A stretch of 12,443 bases of DNA from an uncultured Nitrososphaeraceae archaeon (GTDB taxonomy: Archaea; Thermoproteota; Nitrososphaeria; Nitrososphaerales; Nitrososphaeraceae), in assembly GCA_963765895.1 (NCBI GenBank), contig CAVXZB010000007.1, positions 1-12,443 of the forward strand, written 5' to 3'. The notes below the pieces were generated by a model. The model saw only the letters and a list, made by a program, of their open reading frames with translations, did not search any database and was not told where the DNA came from. The number at the start of each line of letters is the position of its first letter. Position 1 is the stretch's first letter. The position numbers and the translations under genes were made by a program. Below are positions 7,720 through 12,443 of the stretch, one piece after another.

Positions 7720-8054
7720 TCTTTCCATCATACAACACGGAATAAAAAAGTTGCATAAATATTGACGAGATCTTGAAGAAGACCAAGTTTATGTTCTGTG
7801 ATATGTTTAGTTTGCTTATTAAAGCCTCAATACTATACCAATTAAAATAATTTCTCTGATACATTGCCATAGTAACCTCTTCAGTCTGAGTTTGCCACTC
7901 AACTATAGATACAGATGAAAAATATCACTGTTAATTGAAGATATATATATAATAAATAATATGCAGATGGAATCCATATCCTGAGACAGATAAGGCGGTA
8001 CCATTCACTATAACTGAGGACTCAAAAATTGCAAATACAGAAAGAGTATCCGCA

Positions 8055-8468
8055 ATGTTGGTAATTCCTGAGAGTTGCTTTCCATATTCGGGGGTTTGGA
8101 TTGGTGGTATCAAAGATGGTGATAACCATTATCATTACCGGAGTCAGATAAGCGCGACACTTGACCATATATTTCTTATGTCGTATATTGAAAATGATGA
8201 CATGACCGATACTATGAGGGAGTTTAATCTAGTGTTTTGTCCAAAAGCATGTCTAGGATTATCAAGAATTGATAGGACCAGGCGAGCACAAATGCGACGT
8301 GTGAAAATGATAGCTCAACCAGATTTAATGCGACCTTATGTATTCATGGATATTAGAGCGTCGGATGTTGCACTGTCTAACTTAATAAATTATTCTGAGC
8401 GTATACCTGCAGAATTTATCCCAGATATAACCAAGTATTATGATACCTGTAGGAAACACTTTACGTAA
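8055..8468 (+). CDS. Hypothetical protein (137 aa; frame is open from 7956, so the 5' end may be damaged)
   Basis: ORF with plausible composition. The upstream in-frame stretch CRWNPYPETDKAVPFTITEDSKIANTERVSA has no ATG. Confidence 0.55.
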   Translation: MLVIPESCFPYSGVWIGGIKDGDNHYHYRSQISATLDHIFLMSYIENDDMTDTMREFNLVFCPKACLGLSRIDRTRRAQMRRVKMIAQPDLMRPYVFMDIRASDVALSNLINYSERIPAEFIPDITKYYDTCRKHFT

Positions 8469-8599
8469 ACGGATCGTGCTTGGCATGAATCACAATTTTC
8501 TGTTTTTGTGGATGGCGCACCTCCAAACGATCATCAAAGTTTTGCAAGTCCTGCTACCGGTTCGTAAACTTAAATTACTTCGCAAAGTGCTTTGAAATT

Positions 8600-9280
8600 A
8601 TGGGATATAATTCAGTTCTCAAAAACTCCTTTGAAATATATCATGCAATCTATTGTCTTCGTTCTCTAGGTCTATTTCCACATCATGATAGAGTAAAGTC
8701 ATGGGATACACATAAGATGGTTGATATAATTAAGCAATCAGACACAAGCGCTTTTGTACTAGATGTTGGATGTAATGGTTCTCCGATTTTGACCCTGCTA
8801 AGTAGACTTGGTTTCATAAACCTATATGGATGTGATTTGCTCCTAGAAGAAGGAATACCATCCACAGTCGAAATGTACAAGACATTTGATATTTCAATTC
8901 AAGATCTAGAAAAAACCGAATTTCAAAACAATACATTTGATTTCGTTACATCACTATCAGTCATCGAGCACGGTATTAATATTCAAAACTATTTTAAAGA
9001 AATGAATAGAATATTAAAAAAAGATGGATTACTTTTGACATCGACAGACTACTGGCCTGAGAAGATACCTAATCTAATAAATACGGATGTAAATCCTAAG
9101 AATTCGCCTGATAATATATTCAGCAGAAGAGAAATAGAGGAAGACGTAATTAGCATTGCAGAACAGAACGGTTTCCTTCTTACCGAACCAATAGATTTCA
9201 CGCATGGGGAAAAAGTTGTTCATTGGAATGCTACGTGCCTTGATTACACTTTCATATTCTTTGCACTAAGGAAGAATTAG
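8600..9280 (+). CDS. Class I SAM-dependent methyltransferase (Methyltransf_11-like)
   Basis: Motif I VLDVGCNGS, then GCD, FDFVTSLSVIEH and MNRILKKDGLLL. Confidence 0.9.
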   Translation: MGYNSVLKNSFEIYHAIYCLRSLGLFPHHDRVKSWDTHKMVDIIKQSDTSAFVLDVGCNGSPILTLLSRLGFINLYGCDLLLEEGIPSTVEMYKTFDISIQDLEKTEFQNNTFDFVTSLSVIEHGINIQNYFKEMNRILKKDGLLLTSTDYWPEKIPNLINTDVNPKNSPDNIFSRREIEEDVISIAEQNGFLLTEPIDFTHGEKVVHWNATCLDYTFIFFALRKN

Positions 9281-9444
9281 TTAGTATGTAAAGGCCTGTT
9301 ACAATTACCATGCACTAGAAATTGGTAGTCGGTTAAATCTATTGTGTGTGAAGAACAGGCATAAAACGTAGTATTAGACCCAAAGAATTTTGCAAATGCT
9401 AGCGAGACTTAAAGATTTTGTCCTACTAAATCGAGAAGAAAATT

Positions 9445-10466
9445 TTGACCCTTAGTAGTCAGGAATTAGAGCAGAACCTAAATTTCATGCTATCACATTT
9501 TCAGGAGCCCATTTTCCCAAGGAATATGATGACAGGATCTCTTGAATATCAGAAGGAAGTGTTCAACATAAAGGAAGTCCTTGCGTACTTTAAGGCATCA
9601 AACTATGAAGATTGTAGGATCAATGCCTATCCTTCATTTACTAAATACGATGGCATTAATAGAACTCCACCAACTTTTCTAATGATAGATACAGATCTAA
9701 AGGACTTTGTTTCGAAAGATAAACTTGATAGGGCGTTGATCAGAATCTTAGAAAATTGAAAGGAGTATACACTGCCATCCTACAGTATTATGGACTGGCA
9801 ACGGCTATCATATTTATCAACCTATGGCAGGTTTTATCCTAGAAGAGGAAGAGGTATATGCGAAATTTATAGACCCAAATGGAAGAGATCTCACCAGTAA
9901 ATTTATGCAGTTTGCAGAGGATTTTCTTACGAATAAAAAAGGAGATCGGCAACATAACCAGACTATAAATTCATGTTTAATTAGAATTCCGGGTACAATA
10001 AATTCAAAATGTGTGCAGATGGTTAAGAATCATGCAGCGATGGGATGGTCAAAGACCTGCGATAAACTATCTATTGCGCGATTTCAGAATGTGGCTCATA
10101 GATGAAAAGATGGAGCAGAGGCTAGCAAGTAGTAGGAAGGCGCGCACTAAGACCGCATATTCAAATACAATCTGGTGGATTGAAAAGTTACTACAAACTC
10201 CACTAAGTGACTATAGGAAATTTGCAGTGTGGTGCATCCTAGCACCCTACCTTATTAATATTAGAAAATGTTCTACCGATGACGCTTCTAAAATAATAAA
10301 GGATTGGCTCGATAGATGTAGCCAATTAAGGCGATTAGACTTTAATGCTTATCGCGTGATCAAATATAATGTTGATTCTGCAAAGAGGAATGGTTATCTA
10401 CCAAGAAGTATGGAGAAATTAAAGACAGAAAATACATACTTGTACAATCTGCTGGCTAAACTTTAG
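9445..10466 (+). pseudogene. Archaeo-eukaryotic primase (AEP) primase-polymerase with PriX-like helical C-terminus; two +1 frameshifts (~9750 and ~10027)
   Basis: Motif I LMIDTD (Asp codons 9688 and 9694), motif II WTGNGYHIY (9791-9817, upstream of the tracked ATG 9824), the conserved RIPGTINSK, and C-terminal WIEKLLQTPL.DYRK...W.ILAPYLINI. The three track ORFs join into about 339 aa. Confidence 0.85.
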
Positions 10467-10525
10467 ATAGAAAGCGAACTACTGTATTAGTAATTCGAAT
10501 CAGACTAAACCAGACAAGATATCAG

Positions 10526-10607
10526 ATCCGGCATAATTATATCGGAAAATGTGTCTTATAATACAGATGTGCGGCGCGCCAGATTATAAATATTATGGAA
10601 AAAACGC
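10526..10607 (+). repeat. Dispersed non-coding repeat, copy C (5' ~80 bp)
   Basis: ATCCGGCATAATTATATCGGAAAATGTGTCTTATAATACAGATGTGCGGCGCGCCAGATTATAAATATTATGGAAAAA. Shares TGCGGC..GCCAGATTATAAA with copy A. Lies about 60 bp after the primase stop. Confidence 0.85.
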
Positions 10608-10643
10608 TACGTCTAATGTATATGAGTTAATTTCACGCTTGAA

Positions 10644-10830
10644 AAATTGAATATTCAGACGGTTTTCAATTTATCCCGACAGGAGAGAACACGTCCGTTT
10701 ATAGATAGCCAGTCAGCTAGTCAACCCGTCCTAGAGACTCGTTGAAAAAATTTCAACAGGCTGCTAAGGCCGTAGAGGCTAGGTAGAAAAAATTTTGGAA
10801 TCTCTAACCTGAGCCCTATCTATTCTACCG
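10644..10830. other. Cluster of inverted repeats (possible origin or protein-binding region)
   Basis: AAATTGAA...TTCAATTT (~10644-10672), GTTGAAA-AAA-TTTCAAC (10741-10757), and a bulged hairpin GGCTAGGTAGA / TCTAACCTGAGCC (10777-10815). Confidence 0.45.
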
Positions 10831-10918
10831 TCTACTATCCCACCATTGTTTGACCCGCTCGCTTCTTTTCTTGTGGGTCTCCTCGCGGCGTGACTTCCAC
10901 CAACGCTCAGCTTCGGCT

Positions 10919-11566
10919 TCAGTTTGCTGCTCGCCGTTCCTGCCACTCTGGCATTCTCCTAAATGCAATCACTTCTATTTTTTGCTGGGGTTTTCCTTGT
11001 TCCTCCTGCAGGTAGTGATCCATTGCCTCCTTGAGAATGGGAGCTCGGTCATAGTCTACGCCCCTCGACCTAATTATCTGGATCATGATCTCGATGCGCC
11101 TTTGTGCTTGCTGCTTTAGCAGATCGCAGTCTCCTTTAGGATCTCGCTTGAGCCAGCTCGGCCTGTCTGGAGCTGGCATCCAGCCTTCACGCCCTTTTTC
11201 TTTTAAATCTGTATCCATGACAGTCAGCACTTGATACATTTCCTCGATGGTTGGCCTTGGCTCGATGCTAAGAAATTGCTTGCCTATGTCAAGAGGCCAG
11301 CCTACCCAGAGGATTCTATCGCCATAGCTGCGACTCGTAGTGTAGTAGAAATTGGGAAGGTCTTTTATTCGTCTTCGCAGGCCCCTCTCTTTAGGCGATA
11401 TGGCCTTTGCCGCAGCTTCTGCCCATCCTCCGTTCCAGTTGGATCGCTTGCATTTGGCACAATAGTTGAGGATTGGTCCGTCCTTGCCGTTAAAGCGGTT
11501 GATCCACTTGTACCCGCACCATGTGCATTCATACTCTTTGGTTTGTATATTGTGTATTGGCGGCAT
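10919..11566 (-). CDS. Hypothetical protein with N-terminal Zn-ribbon (215 aa)
   Basis: ECTWCGYKW...P..YCAKCKRSNW is a CxxC..W..CxxC..W ribbon. Long ORF, visibly higher GC than its flanks. Confidence 0.8.
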   Translation of the reverse strand: MPPIHNIQTKEYECTWCGYKWINRFNGKDGPILNYCAKCKRSNWNGGWAEAAAKAISPKERGLRRRIKDLPNFYYTTSRSYGDRILWVGWPLDIGKQFLSIEPRPTIEEMYQVLTVMDTDLKEKGREGWMPAPDRPSWLKRDPKGDCDLLKQQAQRRIEIMIQIIRSRGVDYDRAPILKEAMDHYLQEEQGKPQQKIEVIAFRRMPEWQERRAAN

Positions 11567-12050
11567 TATCTATCTACTCATTTACTAATTGATGGACATT
11601 AAGAAATGTTAGATGAGGCTCGATTTTTCGGAATATTTCAGCTTTTTCTGAATCCTTTTTGCGCCAGTATGTAGAACCGGCATATCCTATAAAATATTTC
11701 GAGTAATTGGCGTAACCAATGTCTGATATCGTGGTCTTTACAAACCTTCTAAGTGAGTAGAATTCTGTCAGCCTATTGCCAACTTGTATGGTCAGATGAA
11801 GATGGGTTAATAATGATGACTGGAATATTATTACTGCTGTGTATAGTAAACGCACTTGTTCTGACTGAAGGAATTTATATATTAGTTAATATCAGAAGTA
11901 ACTGTATATAATCAAATATACAAAGAATTTTTGTATTAACTCATTATTTAAAAGTAATTTTTCTAATCAGTAATATTGTCTATGGCCTATTATTATACAA
12001 TTATAATACTGTGTTTTTACCAGAAAGAGTCATGTAACATCTGTATTTTG

Positions 12051-12443
12051 CTAATTCAACCATTGTCGTTTCCTCTCCTTAAAAGCGATATAAGCTATGG
12101 CAAACGGAATAAACGCAAGAAATACTGACAAATAGTCAATATAACTCGCAAATAACATACCTAGTTTATTCCTAACTTCAAACCTAATAAGAGTCCTAAG
12201 TACAGAGTTATACCAGCTGGGACTAATCCAAATGCAACAAAATTATGACTTCTTTTCTTGAACTTTTCAAGATTTGAGTAAGGATACTGGATGTTGTGAT
12301 ATACCACAGGCATTACAAAGAGGCAAATTGAGCATGTTGATGTAAACAATGCAATTGTCAAAATAATACTATCCGCTGGTGTAAATGATGCGGGTGTATT
12401 TATCGTTGTGTTGAATAGAAAACCGAAGATAAACCCTGAGACT
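12051..12443 (-). pseudogene. DUF6328-like multi-TM membrane protein, 5' end outside the window, frameshift near 12165
   Basis: The frame is open to the window edge (VSGFIFGFLFN...LFVMPVVYHNIQYPYSNLEKFKKRSHNF..FGLVP). A shifted frame supplies a last TM and basic tail, LSVFLAFIPFAIAYIAFKERKRQWLN*. Confidence 0.6.

Noticed and set aside
7228-8113. Track ORFs 7228-7545 (-) and 7931-8113 (-)
   Set aside because: Antisense to better-supported + strand coding frames.
8683-8880. Track ORF 65 aa (-)
   Set aside because: Antisense shadow of the methyltransferase.
10741-10757. GTTGAAA...TTTCAAC as a CRISPR repeat
   Set aside because: Single occurrence, no regularly spaced repeats or spacers, and no cas genes. 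The dispersed repeat is also far too long and irregularly spaced for CRISPR.
10850-11855. Track ORFs 10850-11119 (+), 11231-11602 (+) and 11574-11855 (-)
   Set aside because: The first two are antisense shadows of 10919-11566. The third has a GTG start and no recognisable features, so it cannot be supported, though a decayed gene is possible.
1-12443. Classical integron, IS element or tRNA-integrated provirus
   Set aside because: No integrase or transposase motifs, no GTTRRRY/RYYYAAC-bounded attC array, mixed gene orientation, and no tRNA or structural virion genes visible.

Overview
AT-rich accessory region with many degraded genes. It most likely comes from an ammonia-oxidising archaeon (Nitrososphaerota, probably Nitrososphaeraceae), inferred from recognisable lineage-typical small proteins and TATA-like/leaderless gene starts. 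It contains a hicB-hicA toxin-antitoxin pair, a class I SAM methyltransferase, several small Zn-finger proteins and a doubly frameshifted AEP primase-polymerase with a PriX-like C-terminus. It also carries a C-terminal remnant of a DNA methyltransferase/Mrr-like fusion, several other pseudogenes and small ORFs missed by the ORF track. The most notable structure is a dispersed, non-coding, same-orientation repeat of about 80-170 bp, at 1-163, 6426-6597 and 10526-10607, with degenerate or partial copies at ~5620-5797 and 2289-2312. It is built from dif/Xer-like 11-bp arms and GGCGCGCC-centred boxes. One copy sits just downstream of the primase gene. A second, truncated primase fragment (2168-2295) ends exactly at a GGCGCGC and continues into repeat-like sequence. 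This suggests, by inference only, a recombination-site-delimited cargo or mobile-element system. No integrase, transposase, tRNA, rRNA or CRISPR array was seen.
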